This document shows positions 1-12,045 of a stretch of 64,000 nt of DNA, in pieces. How positions within the stretch are numbered: position 1 is the stretch's first letter; every line of letters starts with the position of its first letter. The position numbers and the translations under genes are program-made. Source of the DNA: Lingula anatina (lineage: Eukaryota > Animalia > Brachiopoda); assembly GCA_051362555.1 (NCBI GenBank), contig CM120649.1, forward strand, positions 10,230,001 to 10,294,000, written 5' to 3'. Below the pieces are notes generated by a model, which was given only the letters and a program-made list of their open reading frames with translations, did not search any database and was not told where the DNA came from.

Positions 1-339
1 ATCTGACAAACTGCAATGATATGAGTTTATTTCCATTTTTGAAACTTTATTACACAATACACGATAACAAGTTTACCATCATTTTTACAAAATCAACTAA
101 CAATGTTTTAAAGATGCAGGAAATGTCAAACAAACACTTTTACGTATCTTATTAGTTTAATAATGAGACTGTTAACATGCCTAAGAATTGAATCTGAGGA
201 AATGTGAAAAATATGCTGAAAAGTGAAAAAACAGCATAACTTCTACAATAATGGCCCGATCATGCTGATTTTCGAACTTGACCTGCGTTTTATGAATATT
301 CATCAGCTCTGTAAATATAAAGCCAAAAAGTAAAACTGC

Positions 340-459
340 CCTCCACTTATCGTGTTTACAAGGAAAGTGCACGGCGCCGGCATCGCCATCGCCATCGGCG
401 ACGGCGACGACAGACGCAGGTGATGGCAATATGTACAGACACATCTGTGTCTGTACATA
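340..459 (+). mobile_element. End of a Helentron-type non-autonomous element (HINE/pearl-like)
   Basis: GC-rich microsatellite-like tract (cgccatcgccatcggcgacggcgacgacagacg), then hairpin tatgtacagacac-atct-gtgtctgtacata (430-459), then an A-rich flank. Same layout as the end at 31690-31777. Confidence 0.6.
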
Positions 460-462
460 ATA

Positions 463-2200
463 AAAATCTGTGATAAGCTGATTAGTTGACTGTGTCCAAT
501 GAAAAGTATTTTCTTCGGACGATATATTAGAGAAAACTCAAAATTACACTGAAAATAAGTTGGCAAATTTCATGACTTAAAATAGTTAAATGTTAATAAT
601 TTTGTCAAATCTCATCCAATGTTTATAAAATCTGTACAAATGATGCTTAACAACAATAAAAGTCTGTGGAAAGCTGATCAGTTGTCAGTGTCAAATGAAA
701 AGTATTCTTTGGGGCAATATATTTCGGAAAACAGAAAACTACCACAAAAACACTGGCAAATTCCATGGCTCAAAATAGTTAAATGTTAATAATTTTGTCA
801 AATATTGTCCAATACTTCTGAAATTTGCACAAAAGAAGCTTAACAACAATAAAAATCTGTGATAAGCTAATCAGTTGACTGTGTTTTTTTAAGTGCCAAG
901 TTTATTGGAAATTGATAATCAGAAGTGTGAGAATTGACCAAAACAAATATTTCAATATTGCAATGTATTATTTGCTATCAAAGAAAACAGCAAATGTGAT
1001 GATTTGAGTTTGTTTGTGTAGGAGGTTGCAAGTTACCTATAGCTGTCATCTGGAAAACAATATATATCCATACAAGACTCCTCCTTACTATTAATGTCAG
1101 ATGCAGATTACTCCTCACAATGAGTTTCTGGAATGGATTGTTGTTAGCACAATATTTGACAATATCCTAAATCTTGCCATATGTCATGTATTGTACACAT
1201 GAATAAGACCTAGTTCTGCTCTTGCTGCTGTCTTTCACTGCCTGCTTTTTCATGGTAAGGGTACTCTGGAAAGAAAGAACAATAAACTTCAGAAAACTGA
1301 AAATTACATTGAAAAAACTGGCAAAACCCATGACTTAAAATAGTTAAACGTTAATAGTTTTGTCAAATCTTGTCCAATATTTCTGATATTTTAACAAATG
1401 ATGCTTGACATCAATGAAAATCTGTGATAATCTGATCAGTTGGCTGCGTGTTTAATGAAAAGTATTTTCTATGGACGATATATTTGAGAAAAATGAAAAT
1501 TAAACTGAAAACACTGGCAAATTCCATGACTTAAAATAGTTAAATGTTAATAATTTTGACAAATCTTGTCAAAATAGTTCAGAACAATAGTTCTGAAATA
1601 ATTTTGTCAAATATTGTCCAATACTTCTGAAATTTGCACAAAAGATGCTAAACAACAATAAAAACCTGTGATAAGCTAATCAGTTGACTGTGTTTTTTTA
1701 AGTGCCAAGTTTATAGGAAATTGATAATCAGAAGTGTGAGAATTGACCAAAACAAATATTTCAATATTGCAATGTATTATTTGCTATCAAAGAAAACAGC
1801 AAATGTGATGATTTGAGTTTGTTTGTGTAGGAGGTTGCAAGTTAACTATAGCTGCAATCTGGAAAACAATATATACCCATACAAGACTCCTCCTTACTAT
1901 CAATGTCAGATGAAGATTACTCCTCACAATGGGTTTCTGGCATAGGCTGTTGTTAGCACAATATTTGACAATGTTCTAAATCTTGCCACATGTCATGTAT
2001 TGTACACATGGATAAGACAGTGCTGCTCTTGGTGCTGTCTTTCACTGCCTGCTTTTTCATGGTGAGGCTACTCTGAAAAAGAACAATATAACTGAGAAAA
2101 TTGAAAATTACATTGAAAAGACTGGCAAATTATATGACTTAAAATAGTTATACATTAATAATTTTGTCAAATCTGGTCTAATGCTTCAGAAATTTGTACA
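463..2200. repeat. Degenerate ~195-bp repeat plus a direct duplication offset by ~809 bp
   Basis: Motif aaaatctgtgataagctga recurs near 463, 660, 853, 1420 and 1663. Segment ~789-1380 is repeated at ~1598-2200. Confidence 0.85.
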
Positions 2201-2339
2201 AATTAAGCTTTACACTACAGCACTACTGATTCAAAAATTCACTGAAATATTAAAAGATCCACAATACAATGTGATCTACGGAAGAGCATTTAATAAATGA
2301 ATATTATGTTGTTACTTGACCATTTTGAAAATTAATCTG

Positions 2340-3275
2340 GAATCAATGTGTTCCATTGTATCAGTATAGTTCTGTGCCTCCTAGTACAGTGTTGTATTCA
2401 TGAGTCATTGTGTTCCATTGTGGCAGTATATGTAGTCCTGTGCCTCTTAGTACAGTGAAGTAGTCATGACTCATTGTGCTCCATTGTGGCAGTATAGTCC
2501 TGTGCCTCCTAGTATAGTGTAGTAGTCTGGAGTCATTGTATTCCATTGTGTCAGTATAGTCCTGTGTCTCCTAGTACAGTGTAGTAGTCTGGAGTCATTG
2601 TATTCTATTGTGGCAGTATAGTCCTGTGTCTCCTAGTGCAGTGTAGTAGTCTGGAGTCATTGTATTCCATTGTGTCAGTATAGTCCTGTGCCTCCTAGTA
2701 CAGTGAAGTAGTCATGACTCATTGTGCTCCATTGTGGCAGTATAGTCCTATGTCTCCTAGTACAGTGTAGTAGTCTGGAGTCATTGTATTGTGTCAGTAT
2801 AGTCCTGTGCCTCCTAGTACAGTGAAGTAGTCATGACTCATTGTGCTCCATTGTGGCAGTATAGTCCTGTGTCTCCTAGTACAGTGTAGTAGTCTGGAGT
2901 CATTGTGTTCCATTGTGCAGGCCCGTAGCCAGCAATTTCAAAAGGGGGGTTCTTTTTCTGAAAAAGTGGACCTTTTCCCATAAAAACTTCTTGTACCTAG
3001 ATCAAATTTTACCCAGAGTGGACCTTTCCCAGCAAAAGGGGCGGTTCTTTGGAACCCCCCGAACCCCCCCTGGCTACGGGCCTGATTGTGGCAGTATAGT
3101 TCTGTGTCTCCTAGTACAGTGTAGTAGTCTGGAGTCATTGTGTTCCATTGTGGCAGTATAGTTCTGTCTCCTAGTACAGTGTAGTAGTCTGGAGTCATTG
3201 TATTCCATTGTGTCAGTATAGTCCTGTGTCTCCTAGTATAGTGTAGTAGTCTGGAGTCATTGTGTTCCATTGTGT
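2340..3275. repeat. ~62-bp minisatellite interrupted by a MITE
   Basis: Tandem unit ccattgtggcagtatagtcctgtgtctcctagtacagtgtagtagtctggagtcattgtgtt, with a recurring variant (gaagtagtcatgactc). Confidence 0.95.
2918..3084. mobile_element. 167-bp MITE with CAGG termini
   Basis: Perfect 15-bp TIR caggcccgtagccag/ctggctacgggcctg. 6-bp TSD attgtg at 2912-2917 and 3085-3090. Confidence 0.92.
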
Positions 3276-4131
3276 CATTGAGTACCAGCAGTCTTTTCCA
3301 TACAAATTAGTGGGTAAAATGAAATTGTTTCGTTTCACAAACACACACACACTCTCTCTCTTTCTCTTTTGCTCTTTCACTCTGAGTCTCTCTCTGTTTC
3401 TCTCTCTCTCTCTCTCTGGCTGTTTTTCTCTCTCTCCCTGGCTCTGTTTTTCTTTCTCTGTTTCTCACACACAAAATCCCTAAGTCCCTTTTTGCTAAAT
3501 GAGCTGATAAACAGATTTATTTTATTAATGAATTACTTATTAAGAAATGGATCACAACCAAAATCCTTTTTTTTTTGTTAACTTGTTTCTTGGTCCCCTC
3601 AATTTCTACAAATGTCATCAAACTGTATTAATAACTTTTTTGCATAATGATTCTAGGACAGACAACACAGCAAAAAAAAAAAAAAAAAAACATGGTAATT
3701 ATGTACATTTTAAACTCTGTCACTGGACAAAAATTGGTTCCTAAACTTAATTACTAAATATTTCAATTGCATGTCACAAGTAATAAATTTGCTAACAACC
3801 ATTATTTGTATTTTGTTCCATTTGTCTACACTCTACTACAGATTGAAAAATGTTAGAAATTGTTGTTAATCACACCTGGTGAATTTTTACAATCCCTCTT
3901 CTCTCCCAGTTCCAAGAGTGTCATTTCAATATTTTAAGAAGTTATCAATCAACACAACACAACAGTCCACCTAACTCTGCCAACATTCTGTATCAGTTAC
4001 TTATAAGGAACATGCTGAGCTATAATCAACAAATAAAATTCTAGCATTACAATAATAATAATAAATAAATGTATATGTGAACAAATCAAATGTCAAAACA
4101 TGGGAAGTTTAGTGGTTAAAAAAGGCTAACC

Positions 4132-4875
4132 CAGAGGTAGATTTAGAGGGGGAGCGGGGGGTCCTTCGGTTTCTACAAAAACCAAAAAGAAAAAAAAAAG
4201 AAAAAAAAAAAAAACAACACTAATTCTCCCCTCTCAAAATCAACATAAATTGTATTCCCTACAATCAACCCGTAAATCCAAATTCTCACCTTAAACATCA
4301 AGGTGGGAATTTGGATTTACGTTTTTTTTGTGCGTATGCCACGCATGGAATTTACAAACGAGCGATGGGATGATGTAGCCTGCACCATTTGCGGTAAGCG
4401 TGCCAAGTTTTAGGCCGCTCCGACACCCGGCAGTATTTTATTTCGATTATTATGTTTAAATTTGTGGAATCTTGTTTCACAAGCTTACTCTATTTTATTG
4501 TCTCTATGGAGGTATATGGGGACTTTACGACATTCGGCTTGAAGGCTTTAACCACTTGTTATAGTTTATTTTGGCATTGTTTTGGATTATTGTGGCAGTC
4601 TAAGGTTGTTCTAGGTGGTTTTCAAGTTTATGCACCCGTTTTCAAAATCATTTAGTGATATTACGACAATCGTTTACTATCCAATCAAGGTGACAGCCGA
4701 GCGTGTCCAAATGGACCCGATTTTGCCCTCCAAAACACCAAAATATTTTTGGGCCCTTCAGCGGGTCCTGAACCATAACACAAGGGGGCCAAGGGTCGGC
4801 TTCGAATCCAAGGCCTGTTATTTGTAAGAAAAACTGACCCCCCCCCCCCCTTTTCAAATCCTGGAACTGCCCCTG
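4132..4875. mobile_element. Degenerate CAGGGGCGGATC-type MITE carrying a nested insert
   Basis: Ends cagaggtagatttag...cctggaactgcccctg. Internal similarity to 5038-5308 and 16372-16490. Confidence 0.6.
4269..4681. mobile_element. 413-bp insertion with a terminal hairpin
   Basis: Flanked by caatcaa (4262-4268 and 4682-4688). Begins with stem-loop cgtaaatccaaattctcacctt-aaacatc-aaggtgggaatttggatttacg. Confidence 0.55.
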
Positions 4876-5037
4876 TCATGCCACCTGCAAACTGCGTTCA
4901 GCAAAGTGGTATCTTCTTTGCAGAATTATTTGCCAAATACCGTACTTTTTCTCAAAATTTACAATGTCACAATTGCCTTAACACATTTGAACATTTTTAA
5001 TGATTCCTTCTTCTTAGGGGCTTGCTTAAACCAAAAT

Positions 5038-5308
5038 CAGTGGTGAATTTAGGGGGTGTCAGTGGGGTCCTGACCCCTTATGTCGTTTTGAAAATCACAC
5101 CAATCTGAAATTAATAATTTGACTTGCTGAATCATATTTCCAAACAGCACCGTTGGTCCTCTAAAATACAAAAAAAATCCAGAGCCCTTCAGTGGGTCCC
5201 CAACCCCACGGCAATGAGGGGGGGGGGGGGGTCGAGGGTCGGCTTTGCATGCCTGTCATTCCTAAAAAACGGACCCTCCCCCTTTAAATAATCCTGGATC
5301 CGCACCTG
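5038..5308. mobile_element. CAGGGGCGGATC-type MITE
   Basis: Ends cagtggtgaatttag...cctggatccgcacctg. 3' half shared with 4700-4875 and 16372-16490. Confidence 0.65.
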
Positions 5309-5747
5309 TAACTCATCCCTCTGATCTCACTGGGTTTTATATAAACGGGTATTAAATTACTGATTATGATACCATACACAAACTATTGATACAAAATCTA
5401 TGAAAATGCAAATACAAAACACTAACAGTGACCTCTGTATTGTGGTCAACTGATGACCCATCACCAATGGTCAGTTTACCTGAGTGTCCCAAGTGCTCTC
5501 TTCGTGACCTGTTGACCACTGTCCACTACGAATAACCCACTTATTGTTCTCAAGAAGTGCCCGCGGTTGCCGGGTAGAAATAGTGTTGCAAGCACATAGC
5601 TTTTCATCTTTATATACGCCCTGGAGCTGAGGGAAATTTTACAATGTTAGTCCACCACATACTCTCCCTGATGATTGGAAAATGTGTGTGCATAAGGGGG
5701 GATTAACCCTCTCTTAACCCTCCTAGCTCCTATGTCTACGCATCGTT

Positions 5748-6400
5748 CTCATGCTGCCACAACGCGCTCTGCGTTTCCCGGGAGTTGAAGAGTTAACGCG
5801 GGCAGCGTCATTTTAGGGAGAGGCAGATGACATTTTAGGGAGAGGCAGATGAAATAGAAAGGTCTCACGATATCTGCAAAATTGTACACTGTGAAATTAA
5901 ATAATTGGGACACTTTTTTTAACTTTGTAAAATATTGCAATATACTTTGCTTTCAGTAACTTTATATATGTCACTTTTTTTGGTCACTTGATAATGTTCT
6001 CTCACCGTCTTCCCCCTAAAATGTTCCACACTAGAAAAAATCGATAATCGTATGGGAGTATTATACAGGCAATTGGCCTACTTCACCAGCTGGGCGGCAA
6101 TCATCACTATTTTACCACTTTTATGACCTGGGAGAGATTACGTCATACACTTGGGATATGATGGTTATTTGTGATTGTTTAACTAATAAACTGCGGGTAT
6201 TGATAAAATATTCATAAGTGTATCAGTGAAAAAGGAACATTTATATTTGAAAATTATAAAAAAAAATGTGTAATGAACCCAAAACAAACAAAAAACCTGC
6301 ATTTTTTCTCTTATATGCAAATTAGATTGTCTTCAGTAATAAAGCTGACAGGATGTGATGCTCAAACCAAAGATTCCAAAGGTGGCAATCTTAATTAATC
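5748..6400. repeat. Dispersed repeat, diverged copy A (partner at 61806-62410)
   Basis: Collinear shared motifs: ttcccgggagttgaagagttaacgcgg, ttttagggagaggcagatg, ccccctaaaa..ccacacta, ttttttctcttatatgcaaatta. Confidence 0.75.
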
Positions 6401-7211
6401 TTTATTTTGATATTAAATCATTCGATAATATTTTTATCGGTAAAAATATAATTGAAGCTACCAAATTAAATTTTCCTGGAGAATTTTTTTCTTATTGCAA
6501 ACCATTGCTCGACTCGTTCCTGGGATGAATTTAGTAACAGCCAGAAGGGCCTGAGAGTACTCCCCCCTCCCTCTACTCCAATGTGTTCTACATGTATGTC
6601 CTATCCAGTGGGCAGACAACGTGTACCCTCTACACACTGTTAGATTATTTATATATGTATTCTGTATCCATTTACCTTTTTATGAATTATCGATTCCTAA
6701 TACTGAGGTGCTTATAAAAAGCGATTGCTATATATTTTTATTGAAGGAATGGGGGGGGGGGGGGGGGGGCGGAATCAGTAGGGGTGGGTTACATTCTTTT
6801 TGTCTACAAAAAGGGTTGGAGTGGGATCCAAAAATTGAGTCATGCATTTAGGGTGGGCCACATGCTAACTAGGATTTATTTTGGCACCAACCATGTGCAA
6901 TTTTTGAGAACAACTAGCCTATATACTACACTTAATCGAAGTAAAACATATCGGAAGAGGTCTGTTTCTGATTCTTCTTTTTTACAAGCAGTTTTTAGAA
7001 CAAACAACAAAAGTTTCTATAGTTATTAGAGAACAGTTATAAAAGCGCATCACTGACAAACCCAGGAATTCATTTAGAAACATATCCATAGCTACCGCAC
7101 CGTATAGTATTCTACTCAGGAAACTCCCTTGTGCAAAGAATACGTTTCTTAAGACAGGATTAATGCACATCTTTTTTTCCAAATAGTTGTCGGTTTAACA
7201 GATTTTGCATC

Positions 7212-7262
7212 TGTTAGGAATCAAACACGGACTGCCCGCGTGACAGGCGAGCATTATTTCAT
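7212..7262 (-). pseudogene. tRNA-Asp(GTC)-derived remnant (pseudogene or SINE head)
   Basis: Reverse complement cgcctgtcacgcggg-cagtccgtgtttgattcc resembles the anticodon arm and T-arm of eukaryotic tRNA-Asp. Acceptor stem and D-arm are degenerate. Confidence 0.6.
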
Positions 7263-7305
7263 TGAAGCTCGCGTGCTTCTAAGACGTAAATTTGCCCGGA
7301 TGGCC

Positions 7306-7339
<34 letters not shown>

Positions 7340-7531
7340 ACCAATAATCCTTCCGTGATGCTTTCAAACTTTTGTGCAAGTTTAAGTGATACTGGTATGT
7401 CCTGTATTTTGAATGAGTTACCGACACCAATTTCATTTAAAGTGTCAATCTACACCTTCACACCTTCATCTAATGTCGTAAGGTATTGTTATTGACATAA
7501 TTAGAAATGTCTGTATCTTCTGCAACTCATA

Positions 7532-7579
<48 letters not shown>

Positions 7580-10500
7580 TGTGTAATAGCTACAAAGTTG
7601 TATTTTGACATTGGAGGATACAAGTAAAAATTACATAGTTACTGTAGGTGCACAGGGAATAGGTGTAGTCTGTCTGTTGATTTTGCATGCGAATGCGTAC
7701 GCGCGCTCGAGAGAGGGTTTATTTATCGTTAGATTGTGGTATTAAGCTAAAACGTAATTTCTTTGACTTTGTAAAAAAAGATGTCCTTTTTTAATGTGGT
7801 AGGAAACATGTTTTTAGAATGTGGCGTCAACTTATAATGACCAGTTCGAAAGTAAGTTAGAAATAACAAGGTTTTGCAAATTATACCCTGTTGACTTTGA
7901 CTTGCTGAATCAACCCTGCCAAGAGACGTTTATTAAAAACCTTTCAACGATATTCTTTAGTGAGATAAATGGTGATTTTATGGCCCACTGTACGTGCGTA
8001 TTTACAGTTGTCAACGGCTTGTCACATCTAGCACATTTCCATCAATTCTGTGGTTGTCGTCACAACCATGTTGAGACAGCCTAGACGTCAAAATATATCT
8101 CGTATAAAAGTTGTTTTTACGTATGGACCGAGCCCCGTATGCTAAAATATCATTTCCCGGGGAAATAATATACAATCACTTTAAATTTCATTTCTTTTAT
8201 AAGATAAAATATAATGTTATTTGAGTGTTGTAAGTCTAATAATCGTGTGATATATGATATTAACTTATCAGTATAATGATTGACGTGTGTTTATACAACT
8301 GTCAATTTCATTCAGGTGTAGATAAGGTGAGCTGAAAACTTGGTTTTAATCTCTTTTTTAAACAGCTCTCAGAAGTTCATCGTTTTTTTTCCAATAAACA
8401 AAGCTTAAGCTAATTAAGTTATTTTCACCTCACCTGTGATAAAATAGACCGCACTATACATGTAGTGTGTTTCACCAGCTAGTGATAATATACATATTTT
8501 AAACTACGCAAATAAAGTGTTCCTTTGTATTCTTCCGCTCAAAATTATACTTCTGAGGGCCGTGGCTCTCTTCGACAGCTTTAGTTATCATCTGAGTGTT
8601 AATTAAAAAAAAAACTGCATGCTTAAAAGTTAACATTTTGAATAAAATGCGTGCTCTTTCAGGGAGCCAGTGCAACTGTTTTAAAATAGGTATGATATGA
8701 GTCTCCCTAGGTTAAAAGACGCGATGAATTTTTTTTGATTCATTAATCGCATGGTACCAAATCGCCATTCGATTGGTGTATTTGCTAACAGTAGAGAATG
8801 CGCACGCGCACACACACACACACACACACACACATGCATTCATGAAAGAATATGAACAAAGATGAGAAAATTGCATCAAAACATATTTTATTGTACAGAA
8901 AAAAAAACATTAAAGCATCGTATATTCATAAATAATTCGCTGTTTATTTTATGTTCATAAAATTATAAATCTCAAAGAAAGAACCGAGTTTCCCATTACA
9001 GCATTTCTGTTTACCTCCAGATGGCGCTATCGTAAGGTCTAGTTGGTCAAACAGCAAAAACTGCTCAGATATTAAAATCAATGAACCATATTGAGTCATA
9101 TGACGATAGCCAGTGTCGTTTCAATAATGTCGTTTCAATTTGGGGTTGATAAGGATCTCAGGTTAATTTTCGTCTGGCATTTTTTTAAATATACTGAACA
9201 CAAATTCCTCCAATGTATTTTTAATGATGTAAAGCACAAATGAAGTTCCATCTGTAAAATATTGGTGAGAGTTGAAAAGGAAAGGCGGCCACTTAAACCT
9301 GCCACCTCCCCCTACCATGAATGTAATGGGATGGACAGCCTGGAAGGAGACGTCACTTCCTCAGTGCTGAGTGGTCAGGATGTGAATCGAAGGCAGCCAA
9401 GATATTAAGTATACGAATATCGTAATTTCAGCCAAATTAATATAAAGGTTTAAGAAATCAATGTTAGGTATTTGGTGATAAATTAATTGTGAATTATTTT
9501 TAAAAAGCTTAAGAGTGGTTTTGATCATTTCACAAAATTTCCCCCACGTACCATTTATTTTCTCCTTCACTTCGTCTCATCACGTCTCATAAAACAAAGG
9601 AAGACGCAGTTGCACTTCATTTTCAGTATTTTGAAATTCGTCGGTAGAAATAGTAGTGGCAGTGGAAGTTTACGCGAGAAAGGAGGGGAAAATGCTGTGA
9701 AATGACTTGTGAGGGTCTGTCTATTGACATGTTGATATTTACACGTACATGTACCCGGTAGTGAGCGGTTGGTAGTAGAATTATAAAATTTGATATAGGT
9801 ATAGTAACAAATGTTCATTTCCGAAGTAAAGAACATAATTCAAGTATTAAGGGGTTATGACAGTGTACAGTAATACTTCAATTTCGAATATTGACAAGAT
9901 TTCTTAAATTAATATATAATATTTCATTTTATTAAAATGTGTGAGCTAAATTAAAGTTGTATTAATTTCTGCGTGACATATTATAATATCAACCTTTCAA
10001 GACAAAAGGGGCGAAAAATGCTCGAAATGCTGTTTGCAACGGATTTGAAAAGGCTTTGTCCAAAGGTGTCTTTTACGTGTTTTATTTTATTTATTTATTT
10101 TTTTTTTCAATATAGCATCACGAATTTGAGGTCTTTTACGAATAAATTGTAACATATTTCAAACATAATGATATATCAGAATGCATGGTCATCAGTTAAA
10201 AACTTGCTTTATTGAAGTATGTTCTCTACTACTGAAATATGTTCTTTATTGAAATATGTTCTATACTATCGTAGTGTCAAGTTTGTCTCACGTGACATGT
10301 AAAATAATATTATTTGTGGTATTCTCCAGCAAGACAGCAGGGGTGACTTTCTAGTTTAGATGGGAATTAAGTACGCAAAAATACACAAATTTTATGCCGG
10401 TTTAAAGTAAAATATTTTTCTATAATATCACCTAATTATCGAAATTGTTGATTAATTCTACTAGTCCGGTGTCGAATTCCTAATTTCTCTTTTTGTTGGC

Positions 10501-11663
10501 GTGAGTATATTCTTCAGTCTCATTCTCAAAATTGACTGAAATCTAGACTGTATCGACTGACGCTCATTGCATGTCTTTCTTTTAATGTACAGATGAGAAA
10601 AAAAGGATTATCTTCTTTTGAAATTTGCTGTCTTGTTGAGTAAGAGAAGTCATTTTACGAATCACGATCGATTATTTTGTGTCACAAGTGAAGTATGTAA
10701 AATTAAGAAATTTCCATTTGAGAAAAATTTCCATTTGAGAAATATCCCTTCTTGAAAAGCCGATTTCGTACATGTAAATACCCTTCATATGATGGAAAAG
10801 AAACTACTTTCGTGTTTTACTTATCTCTGAACGTAGTTCTTACATATGACACGTTTTATCATGAAAAATAACTGACATTTTTGCCATTAATCTGTTGAAC
10901 AAATACAGAATCTGGGTAAAGATGATGGGACCATTTAGGTGAATGAAAATTGTTTTATTTTCCAAATTTAACTTTTTTCGGCAATTTTCCTTAACCAGCA
11001 TCTTTCCTTCTATTGACCAGATGATGCATAAATTAGGGATATTTTCTCGTATTTAGAACATTTTATGTTCAGAAGGTTGCAAAACATTTCTTACGAGATT
11101 TTTCAAATTATTTATTGATGTAGGAATTATGAGAAATATCGTGCTATGTTCCTTGGATTTTAACCCAGTCTTCATAAGTGAACATGTACATGTTATGTAG
11201 TTTGTTTTCTAAATAGTTTTTGTAGGAATTTTTTCAATTTCACATTCCTTTAACAATCTAATGTTTATTATTCTCTCAACAGCTGGGTATACGCTGAATA
11301 TATTTTTACGTAGGGCTTTTAACGTGTTATTTGCCAAACACGACGAAAGTGTTGAAATATTTTGTTTGAGTCATTAAGATCAAATAAACATAAGGCCATT
11401 AGTGTGGTAGATAGTTTATTTGTCAAGTCGAATAGATAAGAATGTTATATTTGTTACACCTTTCAGTGAGTTTAAATACAGATATCAATAATAATATTTC
11501 AGATACTCGAACCCTTTTAAACATGTAGTAATAAATAGACTAATGACAATGATGTTTTACAGAAATATGTTTTATAAACAATTGAATACATAAAAGCAAT
11601 CTGTATTTCTCTGAATAAAAATACTTATTAAATATACAAAATGTCTTAGCGTTTTTACTGAAT

Positions 11664-12045
11664 GGCTACGTGGCTCAGTGGTAGCCTGGGGTTGGGGTTC
11701 TATTCCTGGTTCTGGCACTTTGGAATTACAAAGGGGTGCTATCAAAATTTTTCTTCGGTTACTATAAGAAGAAAGTCTACCCGAGGAGGGTGGGTGGGAA
11801 CACTTGGAGAAGTAGGTAACGCGCTTGCCTCTGAGACAGAAGGTCGCCAGTTCGATTCCTGGCGCTTCTAGGTCCCAGCAAATTACCTTTTGCAAAAATA
11901 AACCCAAATAAACAACTTAAGCTACTACAAGGGATGATGAGAATGAGAAAAAAGCAAGTTGAGTCTTTGGCTCAATAGGTAAGGCGACAGACCAAGGAGC
12001 AGAAAAAAAGACTAACAAGATGTTAACCAAAGGTTCGAGTCGAGC
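11664..12045 (+). other. Three degenerate tRNA-like A-box/B-box units
   Basis: tggctcagtggtag..ggttctattcc (11664-11718); tggagaagtaggtaacgcg..agttcgattcc (~11797-11868); tggctcaataggtaaggcg..ggttcgagtc (~11961-12045). Confidence 0.5.

Noticed and set aside
2340-3275. Regular repeat array as a CRISPR locus
   Set aside because: Units are head-to-tail with no unique spacers, there are no cas genes, and the context is eukaryotic.
7535-7584. (CT)n/(GT)n and other microsatellites (also ~26915, ~47890, ~48891, ~52354) and the low-complexity ORFs over them
   Set aside because: Ordinary simple repeats, and the ORFs are compositional artefacts.
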